From sequence record OQ703618.1: a DNA stretch of 64,000 bases; one strand, 5' to 3'. The notes below the pieces were generated by a model. That model ran no database searches, had not been told where the DNA came from, and saw only the letters and a program-made list of their open reading frames with translations. Position numbers and translations under genes: made by a program. Below, one piece after another: positions 41,635 to 52,199 of this stretch (position 1 is the first letter of the stretch; the number at the start of each line of letters is the position of its first letter). This stretch comes from Escherichia phage GADS24.

Positions 41635-43206
41635 ATGAAATTTAATATCTTAAGTTTGTTTGCTCCATGGGCAAAAATGGACGAACGTGATTACAAAGAC
41701 CAAGAAAAAGAAAATTTAGAATCTATCACCACACCAAAATTGGACGATGGCGCTAAAGAATATGAAGTATCTGAAAATGAAGCACAGCAAACATATAATG
41801 CTATGTTTCAGAGAATGTTCGGTAGTCAAGAACCAGGGCTCAAGTCAACCCGTGAATTAATCGATACGTATCGAAATTTGATGACGAACTATGAAGTGGA
41901 TAACGCGGTCTCTGAAATAGTTTCTGATGCTATCGTATATGAAGATGATACAGAAGTCGTTTCTATAAATTTAGACAACACAAAATTTAGTCCAAATATC
42001 AAATCAATGATGTTGGATGAATTTAACGAAGTGTTAAATCATTTATCTTTCCAACGTAAAGGTTCAGATCATTTTAGACGTTGGTATGTGGATTCTCGAA
42101 TTTTCTTCCATAAAATTATTGACCCTAAACGCCCTAAAGAAGGTATTAAAGAGCTTCGTCGTTTAGACCCACGTCAAGTTCAATATGTCCGTGAAGTTAT
42201 TACAACCACTGAAGCTGGTGTTAAAATAGTCAAGGGTTATAAAGAATATTTCATTTATGACACATCACACGAATCTTATGCTTGTGATGGTCGCATATAT
42301 GAAGCTGGCACAAAAATAAAAATCCCTAAAGCCGCGATTGTTTATGCCCATTCTGGTTTAGTTGATTGTTGTGGTAAAAATATCATCGGTTATTTGCATC
42401 GGGCTATTAAGCCAGCAAACCAATTAAAACTTCTTGAAGATGCTGTTGTAATTTATCGTATTACTCGTGCTCCCGATCGTCGTGTATGGTACGTTGACAC
42501 AGGTAATATGCCTTCAAGAAAAGCAGCAGAACATATGCAACATGTTATGAATACAATGAAAAACCGTATTGCATATGATGCTACTACAGGCAAGATTAAA
42601 AACCAGCAGCATATTATGTCGATGACCGAAGATTATTGGTTACAACGACGTGATGGTAAAGCAGTAACAGAAGTTGACACATTACCAGGTGCAGATAATA
42701 CTGGAAATATGGAAGATGTACGTTGGTTCCGTAATGCGCTTTATATGGCTTTACGTATTCCTATTACCCGTATTCCAAGTGACCAAGGTGGTATACAGTT
42801 TGATGCTGGTACTTCTATTACACGAGATGAATTGTCATTTGGTAAATTTATTCGTGAACTGCAACATAAATTTGAAGAGATATTCCTAGACCCGCTTAAA
42901 ACTAATTTAATTCTTAAAGGAATTATTACAGAAGATGAGTGGAATGATGAAATAAATAATATTAAGATAAAATTTCATCGGGATAGTTATTTCTCGGAAT
43001 TAAAGGATGCTGAGATTCTGGAGCGTCGCATTAATATGCTTCAGATGGCCGAACCATTTATTGGTAAATATATTTCTCACAGAACAGCTATGAAAGATAT
43101 TCTTCAGATGTCTGACGAGGAAATTGAACAAGAGGCTAAGCAAATTGAAGAAGAGTCGAAAGAGGCTCGTTTCCAAGACCCCGACCAAGAACAAGAGGAT
43201 TTTTAA
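41635..43206 (+). CDS. 20: portal vertex protein gp20
   Basis: 523 aa. Confidence 0.95.
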   Translation: MKFNILSLFAPWAKMDERDYKDQEKENLESITTPKLDDGAKEYEVSENEAQQTYNAMFQRMFGSQEPGLKSTRELIDTYRNLMTNYEVDNAVSEIVSDAIVYEDDTEVVSINLDNTKFSPNIKSMMLDEFNEVLNHLSFQRKGSDHFRRWYVDSRIFFHKIIDPKRPKEGIKELRRLDPRQVQYVREVITTTEAGVKIVKGYKEYFIYDTSHESYACDGRIYEAGTKIKIPKAAIVYAHSGLVDCCGKNIIGYLHRAIKPANQLKLLEDAVVIYRITRAPDRRVWYVDTGNMPSRKAAEHMQHVMNTMKNRIAYDATTGKIKNQQHIMSMTEDYWLQRRDGKAVTEVDTLPGADNTGNMEDVRWFRNALYMALRIPITRIPSDQGGIQFDAGTSITRDELSFGKFIRELQHKFEEIFLDPLKTNLILKGIITEDEWNDEINNIKIKFHRDSYFSELKDAEILERRINMLQMAEPFIGKYISHRTAMKDILQMSDEEIEQEAKQIEEESKEARFQDPDQEQEDF

Positions 43207-43442
43207 TGGACGATTTAATTCAAGCTATTAAATCAAACGACCTCGTTGCTACTCGAAAGTTTTTTGAAAGTGCAATGGCAGAAAAAACGGTTCGTTTGAT
43301 TGAAGCACGCAAAGCAGAAATCGCTTCTCAATTTTTGATTGAAGGCGAAGAACCTGAAGAAGAAAAGAAAGCTAAAGCTTCGGAAGACGACGCTGATGAA
43401 GGCGATGACGATGAAGACGAAGATGATGAGGACGATGAATAA
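43206..43442 (+). CDS. 67: prohead core protein gp67
   Basis: 78 aa with acidic tail [11 protein letters not shown]; TAATG overlap with gene 20. Confidence 0.8.
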   Translation: MDDLIQAIKSNDLVATRKFFESAMAEKTVRLIEARKAEIASQFLIEGEEPEEEKKAKASEDDADEGDDDEDEDDEDDE

Positions 43443-43867
43443 TGTATCTTATCCCTGAATCTTATGAATTGGTACTCGAAAATGTCGAAGCACTTATTCC
43501 TGAAGCACAGGGCCGAATCGATGCATTGTCTTCTGCTCTCGATATTGACGATATAAATACTATTATCGAGAACATGCTTGAAACTGAAACGGATTTAGCT
43601 GTTGCAATGGCTTCCATTATTAATGAAGAACAGTTAAATGAGTTTATCGTTAAACATGTTTCTTCTCGTGGTGAAGTCACCCGCACTAAAGACCGTAAAA
43701 CTCGTGAACGTAACGCGTTCCAAACAACTGGTCTTTCTAAAGCAAAACGTAGACAAATCGCTCGTAAGGTCGTTAAAGCTAAAAAAGCTAACCCTTCAGG
43801 CCAAGTTAAAGGCTTGCGTAAGCGTAAAAAAGCTCTTAAACGTCGTAAAGCATTAGGATTAAGCTAA
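43442..43867 (+). CDS. 68: prohead core protein gp68
   Basis: 141 aa, basic C-terminus. Confidence 0.8.
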   Translation: MYLIPESYELVLENVEALIPEAQGRIDALSSALDIDDINTIIENMLETETDLAVAMASIINEEQLNEFIVKHVSSRGEVTRTKDRKTRERNAFQTTGLSKAKRRQIARKVVKAKKANPSGQVKGLRKRKKALKRRKALGLS

Positions 43868-44508
43868 TGAATAAACCCGAGTTACTTATTGAAACTTGGG
43901 GTCAACCTGGTGAGATTATTGATGGCGTTCCAATGTTGGAATCTCATGATGGAAAAGATTCTGGCTTAAAACCAGGGCTTTATATAGAAGGTATTTTTCT
44001 TCAGGCAGAGGTTGTTAACCGAAATAAACGTTTATATCCTAAACGTGTTTTGGAAAAAGCCGTAAGCGACTATATTAAAGAACAAGTCGCAACCAAACAA
44101 GCCCTTGGAGAATTAAATCATCCACCTCGTGCAAATGTTGACCCTATGCAAGCCGCTATCATTATTGAAGATATGTGGTGGAAAGGAAACGATGTATATG
44201 GACGTGCTAGAATTATTGAAGGTGACCATGGCCCCGGCGATAAATTAGCTGCTAATATACGAGCTGGTTGGATTCCAGGTGTTTCCTCTCGTGGTCTTGG
44301 TTCTTTAACCGACACCAATAAAGGGTACCGTATCGTGAACGAAGGATTTAAATTAACCGTCGGTGTAGATGCCGTATGGGGTCCTTCTGCTCCAGATGCT
44401 TGGGTTACTCCTAAACAAATATCAGAATCAGAAAATTCGGTGGAAATCACCAAAAACAGTGCTGACGAAGCATTTAAAGCTCTCGCAGAGAGTTTAAAAG
44501 CATTATAA
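43867..44508 (+). CDS. 21: prohead core protease gp21
   Basis: 213 aa, position before scaffold gene. Confidence 0.9.
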   Translation: MNKPELLIETWGQPGEIIDGVPMLESHDGKDSGLKPGLYIEGIFLQAEVVNRNKRLYPKRVLEKAVSDYIKEQVATKQALGELNHPPRANVDPMQAAIIIEDMWWKGNDVYGRARIIEGDHGPGDKLAANIRAGWIPGVSSRGLGSLTDTNKGYRIVNEGFKLTVGVDAVWGPSAPDAWVTPKQISESENSVEITKNSADEAFKALAESLKAL

Positions 44509-44511
44509 ATA
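44504..44511 (+). promoter_or_regulatory. T4 late promoter TATAAATA (gene 22)
   Basis: Exact TATAAATA 31 nt upstream of gene 22 ATG. Confidence 0.6.
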
Positions 44512-44541
44512 ATAATGTAATCTAAACCACAGGACACTAAA

Positions 44542-45354
44542 ATGATCAAAGAACAACTTTTGAAAGAAGCTCAGAACATCGAGACTTCAGTTGCTCTTAA
44601 TAGTGTTTTCGAATCAGTAGAACTGTCTCCGGACGTTAAAGCTAATTTCAGCACTGTATTCGAAGCCACCGTTAAGCAGGAAGCAGTCAAACTGGCTGAA
44701 TCTCATATCAAAGCCATCGCCGAAAAGGCCGAAGAAGAAGTTGAAAAGGCTAAAGAAGATGCTGAAGAGAAAGCTGATAAAAAATTGGCTGAACAAGCTT
44801 CTAAATTCCTGGACCATCTTGCAAAAGAATGGCTCGCAGAAAACCAAATCGCAGTTGATAAAGGCATTAAAGCTGATTTGTTCGAATCCATGCTTGGTGG
44901 TCTGAAAGAACTGTTTGTTGAACATAACGTTGTTGTTCCAGAAGAATCTGTAGATGTTGTAGCAGAAATGGAAGAAGAGCTGGCCGAACATAAAGAAGAA
45001 ACCGCTCGTTTGTTCGAAGAAGTTACCAAACGTGATGCATATATCAATTACGTTCAGCGTGAAACCGCTATTAATGAAAGCGTAAAAGACCTGACTGAAT
45101 CTCAGAAAGAAAAAGTTATTGGCCTGGTTGAAGGTATGGATTATTCTGACGCATTTGGTACTAAGTTAACTGCTATTGTAGAAATGGTTAAAGGTTCTAC
45201 TAAAGAAGAAGCCGCTATTACCGAAAGTATAAATACAGTTGACAATGACGCTGCCGGTCTTAATTTTGTTGCCGAAGCAGTTGACACTACCACAACTCAG
45301 GTAGAACAGAATTCTAATGTAAGTTTATATGCGAAAGTCGCATCTCGTTTCTAA
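44542..45354 (+). CDS. 22: prohead scaffold core protein gp22
   Basis: 270 aa, highly acidic and helical. Confidence 0.9.
   Translation: MIKEQLLKEAQNIETSVALNSVFESVELSPDVKANFSTVFEATVKQEAVKLAESHIKAIAEKAEEEVEKAKEDAEEKADKKLAEQASKFLDHLAKEWLAENQIAVDKGIKADLFESMLGGLKELFVEHNVVVPEESVDVVAEMEEELAEHKEETARLFEEVTKRDAYINYVQRETAINESVKDLTESQKEKVIGLVEGMDYSDAFGTKLTAIVEMVKGSTKEEAAITESINTVDNDAAGLNFVAEAVDTTTTQVEQNSNVSLYAKVASRF
45228..45235 (+). promoter_or_regulatory. T4 late promoter TATAAATA inside 3' end of gene 22 (candidate P23)
   Basis: Exact TATAAATA about 137 nt upstream of gene 23 ATG. Confidence 0.4.
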
Positions 45355-45371
45355 TTTAAAGGTTAACACAA

Positions 45372-46940
45372 ATGACTACTATCAAAACTAAAGCTCAGCT
45401 CGTAGACAAATGGAAAGAACTGCTGGAAGGTGAAGGCCTGCCGGAAATCGCTAATAGCAAGCAGGCTATTATCGCTAAAATCTTCGAAAACCAGGAAAAA
45501 GATTTCGAAGTATCCCCTGAATATAAAGACGAGAAAATCGCTCAGGCATTTGGTTCTTTCTTGACCGAAGCTGAAATTGGTGGTGACCACGGTTATAATG
45601 CTCAGAACATCGCAGCAGGTCAAACCTCTGGTGCGGTAACCCAGATTGGGCCAGCAGTTATGGGTATGGTTCGTCGTGCTATTCCTAATCTGATCGCTTT
45701 TGATATTTGTGGTGTTCAGCCTATGAACAGCCCTACCGGTCAGGTATTTGCTCTCCGTGCAGTATATGGTAAAGACCCTATCGCTGCTGGCGCTAAAGAA
45801 GCTTTCCATCCGATGTATGCCCCAGACGCGATGTTCTCTGGTCAGGGTGCTGCTAAGAAATTCCCAGCTCTGGCTGCTGACACTACTACTGTTGTAGGTG
45901 ATATCTATACTCACTTCTTCCAAGAAACTGGTACTGTATATCTGCAAGCTTCTGCTATCGTAACACTTGATTCTGGTGCAACTGATGCAGCTAAATTAGA
46001 TGCAGAAGTTAAGAAACAAATGGAAGCTGGTGCACTGGTAGAAATCGCTGAAGGTATGGCTACTTCTATCGCTGAACTCCAGGAAGGTTTCAACGGTTCT
46101 ACCGATAACCCATGGAACGAAATGGGCTTCCGTATCGATAAACAAGTTATCGAAGCTAAATCTCGCCAGCTGAAAGCTGCTTACTCTATCGAATTAGCAC
46201 AAGACCTCCGTGCAGTACACGGTATGGATGCTGATGCTGAACTGAGCGGTATTCTTGCTACTGAAATTATGCTAGAAATCAACCGTGAAGTTGTTGATTG
46301 GATTAACTACTCGGCACAGGTTGGTAAATCTGGTATGACCCTGACTCCGGGTTCTAAAGCTGGCGTATTTGACTTCCAGGACCCGATTGATATCCGTGGT
46401 GCTCGTTGGGCCGGTGAAAGCTTTAAATCTCTGTTGTTCCAGATTGATAAAGAAGCAGTTGAAATTGCTCGTCAAACCGGTCGTGGTGAAGGTAACTTCA
46501 TTATCGCTTCCCGTAACGTAGTTAACGTACTGGCTTCAGTTGACACTGGTATTTCTTACGCTGCACAGGGTCTGGCTTCTGGTTTTAATACCGACACTAC
46601 TAAGTCCGTATTTGCCGGTGTACTTGGTGGTAAATACCGCGTATACATCGACCAGTATGCTAAACAGGATTACTTCACCGTTGGTTACAAAGGCGCTAAC
46701 GAAATGGATGCAGGTATTTACTATGCTCCTTACGTTGCACTTACCCCACTGCGTGGTTCCGATCCTAAGAACTTCCAGCCGGTAATGGGCTTTAAAACTC
46801 GTTACGGTATCGGTGTTAACCCGTTTGCTGAAAGTTCCCTGCAGGCTCCAGGTGCTCGCATCCAGTCCGGTATGCCGTCTATCCTGAACAGCCTTGGTAA
46901 GAACGCTTACTTCCGCCGTGTATATGTAAAAGGCATCTAA
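45372..46940 (+). CDS. 23: major capsid protein gp23
   Basis: MTTIKTKAQLVDKWKELLEGEGLPEIANSKQAIIAKIFENQEKDF... near-identical to T4 gp23. Confidence 0.97.
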   Translation: MTTIKTKAQLVDKWKELLEGEGLPEIANSKQAIIAKIFENQEKDFEVSPEYKDEKIAQAFGSFLTEAEIGGDHGYNAQNIAAGQTSGAVTQIGPAVMGMVRRAIPNLIAFDICGVQPMNSPTGQVFALRAVYGKDPIAAGAKEAFHPMYAPDAMFSGQGAAKKFPALAADTTTVVGDIYTHFFQETGTVYLQASAIVTLDSGATDAAKLDAEVKKQMEAGALVEIAEGMATSIAELQEGFNGSTDNPWNEMGFRIDKQVIEAKSRQLKAAYSIELAQDLRAVHGMDADAELSGILATEIMLEINREVVDWINYSAQVGKSGMTLTPGSKAGVFDFQDPIDIRGARWAGESFKSLLFQIDKEAVEIARQTGRGEGNFIIASRNVVNVLASVDTGISYAAQGLASGFNTDTTKSVFAGVLGGKYRVYIDQYAKQDYFTVGYKGANEMDAGIYYAPYVALTPLRGSDPKNFQPVMGFKTRYGIGVNPFAESSLQAPGARIQSGMPSILNSLGKNAYFRRVYVKGI

Positions 46941-46964
46941 TCTTAATTGATTAAATCTTATTTT

Positions 46965-46990
46965 GGGAGACTTCGGTCTCCCATTTTTGG
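46965..46990 (+). terminator. rho-independent terminator (GGGAGAC-TTCG-GTCTCCC + ATTTTTGGTTTT)
   Basis: 7-bp stem with UUCG tetraloop and T-run after gene 23. Confidence 0.75.
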
Positions 46991-46992
46991 TT

Positions 46993-47262
46993 TTATTTCT
47001 GTGCAATTTCAATGTAAGTTTTCAAAATATTTTGCCAATTAGGCATACCTTCTTGGACATATGCCGGAGAACCATCTTTGTTTTTGAATGACGCAAGTTT
47101 ATCAGTGGCCCAATAACCTTTAGCTCGAGCTTCGGAATCAACTTTCATCCATACTTTGTTGAAGGCATTACCATTAACTTTTGCACCATATTTTTCTACT
47201 AACTTAACTGCTTCAGCTTCCAGAACTTTTAAAGTATCTCGTAAGAAACGTGCTTTAGTCAT
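46993..47262 (-). CDS. hypothetical protein (89 aa) at the position occupied by segD in T4
   Basis: Minus-strand ORF between 23 and 24; not GIY-YIG; preceded by the 43-nt cassette shared with 10356..10398. Confidence 0.5.
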   Translation of the reverse strand: MTKARFLRDTLKVLEAEAVKLVEKYGAKVNGNAFNKVWMKVDSEARAKGYWATDKLASFKNKDGSPAYVQEGMPNWQNILKTYIEIAQK

Positions 47263-47322
47263 TTTGTTTACTCCTCTGTAGTTGATAAGTCTATAGTATC
47301 ACATACCAAATACGTTGTAAAC
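47260..47322 (-). promoter_or_regulatory. PeSL-like promoter cassette; 47260..47302 identical to 10356..10398
   Basis: GTTTAC (rc 47317-47322), 18 nt, TACTAT, then the identical -10/RBS/ATG module. Confidence 0.55.
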
Positions 47323-47328
47323 AATCTT

Positions 47329-47336
47329 TATAAATA
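47329..47336 (+). promoter_or_regulatory. T4 late promoter TATAAATA (gene 24)
   Basis: Exact TATAAATA 28 nt upstream of gene 24 ATG. Confidence 0.6.
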
Positions 47337-47363
47337 ATCTATATCACATAAGGAAAAAATGCA

Positions 47364-48647
47364 ATGAGTAAAATCCAAAAATTATTGCGTGAATCTACAA
47401 CGTCTACTAGCAACTCAGTTGGTCGCCCAAATCTCGTTGCTTTGACTCGCGCTACGACTAAATTAATATATTCTGACATTGTAGCAACACAAAGAACTAA
47501 TCAACCTGTTGCTGCTTTTTATGGTATCAAATATCTTAACCCAGATAACGAATTCACATTTAAAACTGGTGCTACTTATGCAGGCGAAGTTGGATATGTG
47601 GACCGAGAAAAAATTACTGAGCTCACAGAAGAATCAAAAGTCACACTAAATAAAGGCGATTTTTTCAAATATAATAATATCGTCTATAAAGTGTTAGAAG
47701 ATACACCATTTGCAGATATTCAAGAAAGTGATCTAGAATTAGCTCTTCAGATTGCAGTCGTTCATTTAAAGGTACGGTTATTTTCAGATGCAGCGGTAAC
47801 AAGCAAATTTGAAAGCTCTGATAGCGAAATTTCTGATGCAAGATTCCAGATTAATAAATGGCAAACTTCAGTCAAATCTCGTAAACTTAAAACCGGCCTC
47901 ACGGTTGAATTAGCGCAAGATTTGGAAGCGAATGGATTTGATGCCCCTAACTTCTTAGAAGATTTGCTTGCTACTGAAATGGCTGATGAAATTAATAAAG
48001 ATATCCTTCAGTCTTTAATTACTGTATCGAAACGTTATAAAGTTACTGGAATTACTGACACCGGATTTATTGACTTGAGCTATGCATCCGCTCCAGAAGC
48101 AGGTCGTTCATTATATCGAATGGTGTGTGAAATGGTATCACACATTCAAAAAGAGACAACTTATACTGCAACGTTTTGTGTAGCCTCAGCTCGTGCAGCT
48201 GCTATTCTTGCTGCTTCTGGTTGGTTAAAACATAAGCCAGAAGATGACAAGTATCTTTCACAAAATGCTTATGGATTCTTGGCAAATGGATTACCTCTTT
48301 ACTGCGATACCAACAGTCCGTTAGATTATGTTATTGTGGGTGTTGTAGAAAATATCGGCGAAAAAGAAATTGTAGGGTCCATCTTTTATGCTCCATACAC
48401 TGAAGGAGTAGATTTAGATGACCCGGAACATGTTGGTGCATTTAAAGTTGTAGTTGATCCAGAAAGCTTGCAACCGTCTATCGGATTATTGGTTAGATAT
48501 GCTTTATCAGCAAATCCTTACACAGTAGCAAAAGACGAAAAAGAAGCGAGAATAATTGATGGTGGGGACATGGATAAAATGGCAGGACGTTCAGACTTGT
48601 CTGTTTTACTCGGTGTTAAATTGCCTAAAATTATTATAGATGAATAA
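47364..48647 (+). CDS. 24: capsid vertex protein gp24
   Basis: 427 aa, paralogue of gp23. Confidence 0.9.
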   Translation: MSKIQKLLRESTTSTSNSVGRPNLVALTRATTKLIYSDIVATQRTNQPVAAFYGIKYLNPDNEFTFKTGATYAGEVGYVDREKITELTEESKVTLNKGDFFKYNNIVYKVLEDTPFADIQESDLELALQIAVVHLKVRLFSDAAVTSKFESSDSEISDARFQINKWQTSVKSRKLKTGLTVELAQDLEANGFDAPNFLEDLLATEMADEINKDILQSLITVSKRYKVTGITDTGFIDLSYASAPEAGRSLYRMVCEMVSHIQKETTYTATFCVASARAAAILAASGWLKHKPEDDKYLSQNAYGFLANGLPLYCDTNSPLDYVIVGVVENIGEKEIVGSIFYAPYTEGVDLDDPEHVGAFKVVVDPESLQPSIGLLVRYALSANPYTVAKDEKEARIIDGGDMDKMAGRSDLSVLLGVKLPKIIIDE

Positions 48648-48648
48648 A

Positions 48649-48681
48649 CAAAAAAAAGGGACCGTAAGGTCCCTTTTTTTG
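48649..48681. terminator. bidirectional rho-independent terminator (A9 GGGACC-GTAA-GGTCCC T8)
   Basis: Symmetric A-run/stem/T-run between convergent genes 24 and rnlB. Confidence 0.8.
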
Positions 48682-49680
48682 TTATGATACTAATTCAATC
48701 CATGCAGGACGCAGAACATCTTGCACCATTCGGACTAATTCTTTCTTAACAAGATTCGGATTATCAGATGATGTTAATACAATACCTTCACGAGAAGTTT
48801 CTTCCAGAATATCTTGAACAGTCAATCCCATCACTTTACCAAAATCTTTTGGCGTTACAGTCCCAATCTTAGAAATCACATTATTAACACGATTTAATGT
48901 AACATAACAAGCTAGAACATCAAGCAAGTTTTTGTCAATTTCGGTTAATGGAACCTGAGTTTTAACAGGCTTATCAGACTTTTTCTTTTCACTGAATTTA
49001 GAGTTCTTGCACTTAATAGCTACACGAGTACCGTTTGGCAGCCATTTAGGGAAACAAGGCTTCAGAACATAACCTTCTGCAGTATTATCACCAATAACAT
49101 TAGCATCAAATACGCAATTATTTGCTTCGACAAGGTCTTCTGACGCAGTAGCATTATAAGCGGCTAAGACAGAATCAAGGTCGTTTGGAATCATGATAAG
49201 AGCATCAAATGTGCCACGTCCAAGCATTGGTGCCATTTTAAAACCGAATTCATTACAGAAATCTTGCATTTCGTAATCGGTCAAATACGTATTATCACCA
49301 CTTTCTGTATTGATAAGGATATCGAACACATAAAAATCTTTTTCACCGTAGTCAACACCTTTCTGGATTCCACCACCAGCGAATTCACCGAATACTTGAT
49401 ATGATACTGCTCGAGCCGTGTGCATGAATTCCTGAACGGCTTTAATAGCTTTATCATACTTCTTGAGTACGATTTCATAACCATAAAAATCTTCTGCTGG
49501 AAGAATAGGGCCTGTGCGCTTGGCGCATGTGACGTTGTCACGTTCAATTATTAACGAGAAGTTAGTCCCATGGATTTTCTCACGTGCTACCCAAACACCA
49601 GTAGTCAAACCATTAGTGTAGAGTTTTTCAATAAACTTAGAGTTGTAGTGGTTTTCAAGACTGCTGTATTTCTTAAACAT
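48682..49680 (-). CDS. rnlB: RNA ligase 2
   Basis: N-terminal KIHGTN nucleotidyl-lysine motif; 332 aa; position after gene 24 as in T4. Confidence 0.88.
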   Translation of the reverse strand: MFKKYSSLENHYNSKFIEKLYTNGLTTGVWVAREKIHGTNFSLIIERDNVTCAKRTGPILPAEDFYGYEIVLKKYDKAIKAVQEFMHTARAVSYQVFGEFAGGGIQKGVDYGEKDFYVFDILINTESGDNTYLTDYEMQDFCNEFGFKMAPMLGRGTFDALIMIPNDLDSVLAAYNATASEDLVEANNCVFDANVIGDNTAEGYVLKPCFPKWLPNGTRVAIKCKNSKFSEKKKSDKPVKTQVPLTEIDKNLLDVLACYVTLNRVNNVISKIGTVTPKDFGKVMGLTVQDILEETSREGIVLTSSDNPNLVKKELVRMVQDVLRPAWIELVS

Positions 49681-49796
49681 AAATCACCATTATAAATAAT
49701 ATCAAAATAATTAGCAGAGACTCTGTCTCTGACCCGATGTTTAATTTGAATGGGTATAACCTAGATTCATTATACCATCAAAAAATGTAAAGCATA

Positions 49797-50048
49797 TTAG
49801 AACTTGATTTCTATCCAATGACCATCACGCTGGTCGTGATTAATTTTATACTGAAAGCCATTATCACGTAACCACTGCCCGACTTGCTCGGTGATAGTTA
49901 AATCATTCTTTGATGGATAGTACGTGAATTGTGTCTGACCTTTGTCAGCGGCTTTCTCTGCCATCACAGAGAAGTTAGTAATAAAATCACTCAACAAATT
50001 AGCTTTAGTGGCCAGAGCCCTTTCTCTTAATTCCTGTGCAAAACTCAT
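49797..50048 (-). CDS. hypothetical protein (24.x-region)
   Basis: 83-aa ORF between rnlB and hoc. Confidence 0.5.
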   Translation of the reverse strand: MSFAQELRERALATKANLLSDFITNFSVMAEKAADKGQTQFTYYPSKNDLTITEQVGQWLRDNGFQYKINHDQRDGHWIEIKF

Positions 50049-50251
50049 TTCTTCACCTTTTTGTTAATCAAACGTTTACGGTATACAACTTTTTCTTTTG
50101 CTTTAAACTTTGACCGAGCTGTCTCGGCTTTAGTCCATAGTAATCCAACTTCTTTAGGTTGTAAACCAATTTTTTGAGCAATTTCTACGAATGAAAATCC
50201 CGCCTCGTGTAATGTATAAACTTCAACTTCAGCTCTCATAATCAATCCCAT
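50045..50251 (-). CDS. small HTH-like basic protein (24.x-region)
   Basis: 68 aa; AGFSFVEIAQKIGLQPKEVGLLWTKAE helix-turn-helix-like; basic tail. Confidence 0.45.
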   Translation of the reverse strand: MGLIMRAEVEVYTLHEAGFSFVEIAQKIGLQPKEVGLLWTKAETARSKFKAKEKVVYRKRLINKKVKK

Positions 50252-50300
50252 ATTATTTGGTTTGTGCCATTATATACATCAATCTCAAGTTGTGTTTTGT

Positions 50301-50333
50301 ATGCTTTAAAAACGAAGAAAGGGGCCGAAGCCC
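50301..50333 (-). terminator. rho-independent terminator after hoc (GGGGC-TTCG-GCCCC + T-rich)
   Basis: GC stem 50320-50333; minus strand continues TTTCTTCGTTTTT. Confidence 0.55.
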
Positions 50334-50340
50334 CTTACGA

Positions 50341-51471
50341 TTATGGATATGTATAGATGATACCAGTTTCCAAAGCAGTTTTATGGATGATGTATCCATT
50401 ACGTGATTCTTGAACATCAACTTCCGGATAATCTTTCATCATCTTCTGAAGCGTGTAACGATGCAAGTAGTACTTACTATCTGGATCTTCAGTTTTCCAA
50501 TCTTTACCTTCTTCAGCCATTTTTTGGATTTCATCCATAACCCACCATCCGCACCAGATGTAAGCTGAAGTACGATGTGGAAGAGGATGAACATAAGGTA
50601 GTTCACCTTCTGGTTCTGGAGCAACTTTATCAGTTACCTGAACTTGACCTTCTGCTGTAATAGTTTTGCTATCGTAATCAGTTGCTGTAATAGTTGCAGT
50701 AACTTCAATAGTTTGACTTCCAATAGATGAGGTATCAACAGTATATACATTAGTTGACCCTTCTACAGGAGAAGAATCTTTCTTCCACGAGTAAGTAATT
50801 TGTGCTGCGTCAGGTGCGCCAGTCACATTAGCCGTAAATGTAGCCGAAGCATCTTGTTGAACATTAATAGAAGGAGGAGTCAATGTAATCTGTGGATTCA
50901 TTGTCTTCTTATTAACAGTCAGTGATACTTCATTAGAAGTAACGCTCAGCGCATCATAATTTGCTGCAGTTACTTGAGCTACACACTTGATTTTTTTAAC
51001 TCCGCTTGTGGCAGGAGTGTAATTGAATGTAGCGCTAGTCGCTTCGCTCACAGGAGAATCGTCAACATACCATTGATACGTAGCAGATGCACCTGATGGC
51101 TGCGAAGCCAAAGCAGCAGTAAATTTAACAGCTGTTCCAATTACTCCTGCTGGAGGACTATTGGGAGTTACGGCTAATGTAGTCGTCTGGGTTTTGTTTT
51201 TGACTGTAATAGTTGTACTAATTTCAGCTGTTTCAGCTTCACTGTCAGGAACTGGATTTGTTGCAACTACTTTAATAGTTTTTTGTCCAGCAGGACCCTT
51301 TAATACATAACTAAAAGTTGCTGATGTTTCTTCCTGTGGAGCACCGTCTACAGTCCAAGCATATGTAATAGGACCATCTCCAGTTTGACCGCTGGGTGTA
51401 GCAGTAAACTGCTTAGTCTGATCTATAACTCCAGTAGGCGTTTTAGGAGTTATATCAACTGTAAAAGCCAT
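50341..51471 (-). CDS. hoc: highly immunogenic outer capsid protein Hoc
   Basis: MAFTVDITPKTPTGVIDQTKQFTATPSGQTG..., Ig-like repeats, C-terminal ...HKTALETGIIYTYP, near-identical to T4 Hoc. Confidence 0.92.
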   Translation of the reverse strand: MAFTVDITPKTPTGVIDQTKQFTATPSGQTGDGPITYAWTVDGAPQEETSATFSYVLKGPAGQKTIKVVATNPVPDSEAETAEISTTITVKNKTQTTTLAVTPNSPPAGVIGTAVKFTAALASQPSGASATYQWYVDDSPVSEATSATFNYTPATSGVKKIKCVAQVTAANYDALSVTSNEVSLTVNKKTMNPQITLTPPSINVQQDASATFTANVTGAPDAAQITYSWKKDSSPVEGSTNVYTVDTSSIGSQTIEVTATITATDYDSKTITAEGQVQVTDKVAPEPEGELPYVHPLPHRTSAYIWCGWWVMDEIQKMAEEGKDWKTEDPDSKYYLHRYTLQKMMKDYPEVDVQESRNGYIIHKTALETGIIYTYP

Positions 51472-51480
51472 AAGTTATCC

Positions 51481-52149
51481 TTATTTTAATGTTACGAAAG
51501 AAGAATTACGAGTTTCACGAATTAGAACTGATCCATCGCGATTAATATAATAAATTAAGCTAAATAATGTTTGGTGTGCAGACGCATGTTCAAAACTGGT
51601 TGGGCGAGATTTCCAATCAGGTGTTTCGGCTATCCATTGATAAATCCACCAAGGAACAGTAACATACCCTGGGCCTTTGCCTAATTTAATGAGTGTAGGA
51701 CTAAAATTTTCAGGCAGAACAAAATTTACTTCTTTATTTACTTCTGGCTCAGGCTCTTTTTCAGATTCAACAACCTGAGTAATTGCTTCTTCGAATTTAT
51801 CATGGTCGAATTCTTTTTCTTGTTCGACAACTTCTAATACTTCAACTTGTTCTGTTGGAGAATCAAACAACAGAATAGCTTCTTCTTTAACTTCTTCGTT
51901 GGTGAAATTAACACCGTCCACATCATCTGCGGCAGTAATTAAATCAGTGATAGATAATCCATCAGTTTCAGGTAATGGTTCATTAGCCAGTGCGTTAAGA
52001 GCTTCTTCGATATCAATAACAATATTATCGAATGATTTTGTTTTCTTAACACTAATACCAAATTGTGCCGCGTATTCAAACAGTTTAGCTTTGGCTTCCT
52101 TTTTATCAGAAAGAGCACGTAACTCTTCAATATAGTCTTTATCGATCAT
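51481..52149 (-). CDS. inh: Inh-like protein (inhibitor of prohead protease)
   Basis: 222 aa between hoc and uvsW as in T4; positional. Confidence 0.65.
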   Translation of the reverse strand: MIDKDYIEELRALSDKKEAKAKLFEYAAQFGISVKKTKSFDNIVIDIEEALNALANEPLPETDGLSITDLITAADDVDGVNFTNEEVKEEAILLFDSPTEQVEVLEVVEQEKEFDHDKFEEAITQVVESEKEPEPEVNKEVNFVLPENFSPTLIKLGKGPGYVTVPWWIYQWIAETPDWKSRPTSFEHASAHQTLFSLIYYINRDGSVLIRETRNSSFVTLK

Positions 52150-52162
52150 GGTATTTCCTCAT

Positions 52163-52170
52163 TATAAATA
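52163..52170 (+). promoter_or_regulatory. T4 late promoter TATAAATA (uvsW)
   Basis: Exact TATAAATA 30 nt upstream of uvsW ATG. Confidence 0.6.
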
Positions 52171-52199
52171 TAACTATATTTATTACATGGTAATTTGAC

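Noticed and set aside
44614-45047. Two minus-strand ORFs (125 and 114 aa) inside gene 22
   Set aside because: Antisense to the conserved scaffold gene; low-complexity Ser/Phe-rich translations typical of the reverse frame of an acidic helical gene
45363-47012. Minus-strand ORFs (194, 158, 67, 60 aa) inside gene 23
   Set aside because: Embedded antisense in the near-T4-identical major capsid gene
49691-49698. TATAAATA on the plus strand just upstream of the rnlB start
   Set aside because: No plus-strand gene lies downstream for 2.5 kb; likely chance occurrence in AT-rich leader, although antisense late transcription cannot be excluded
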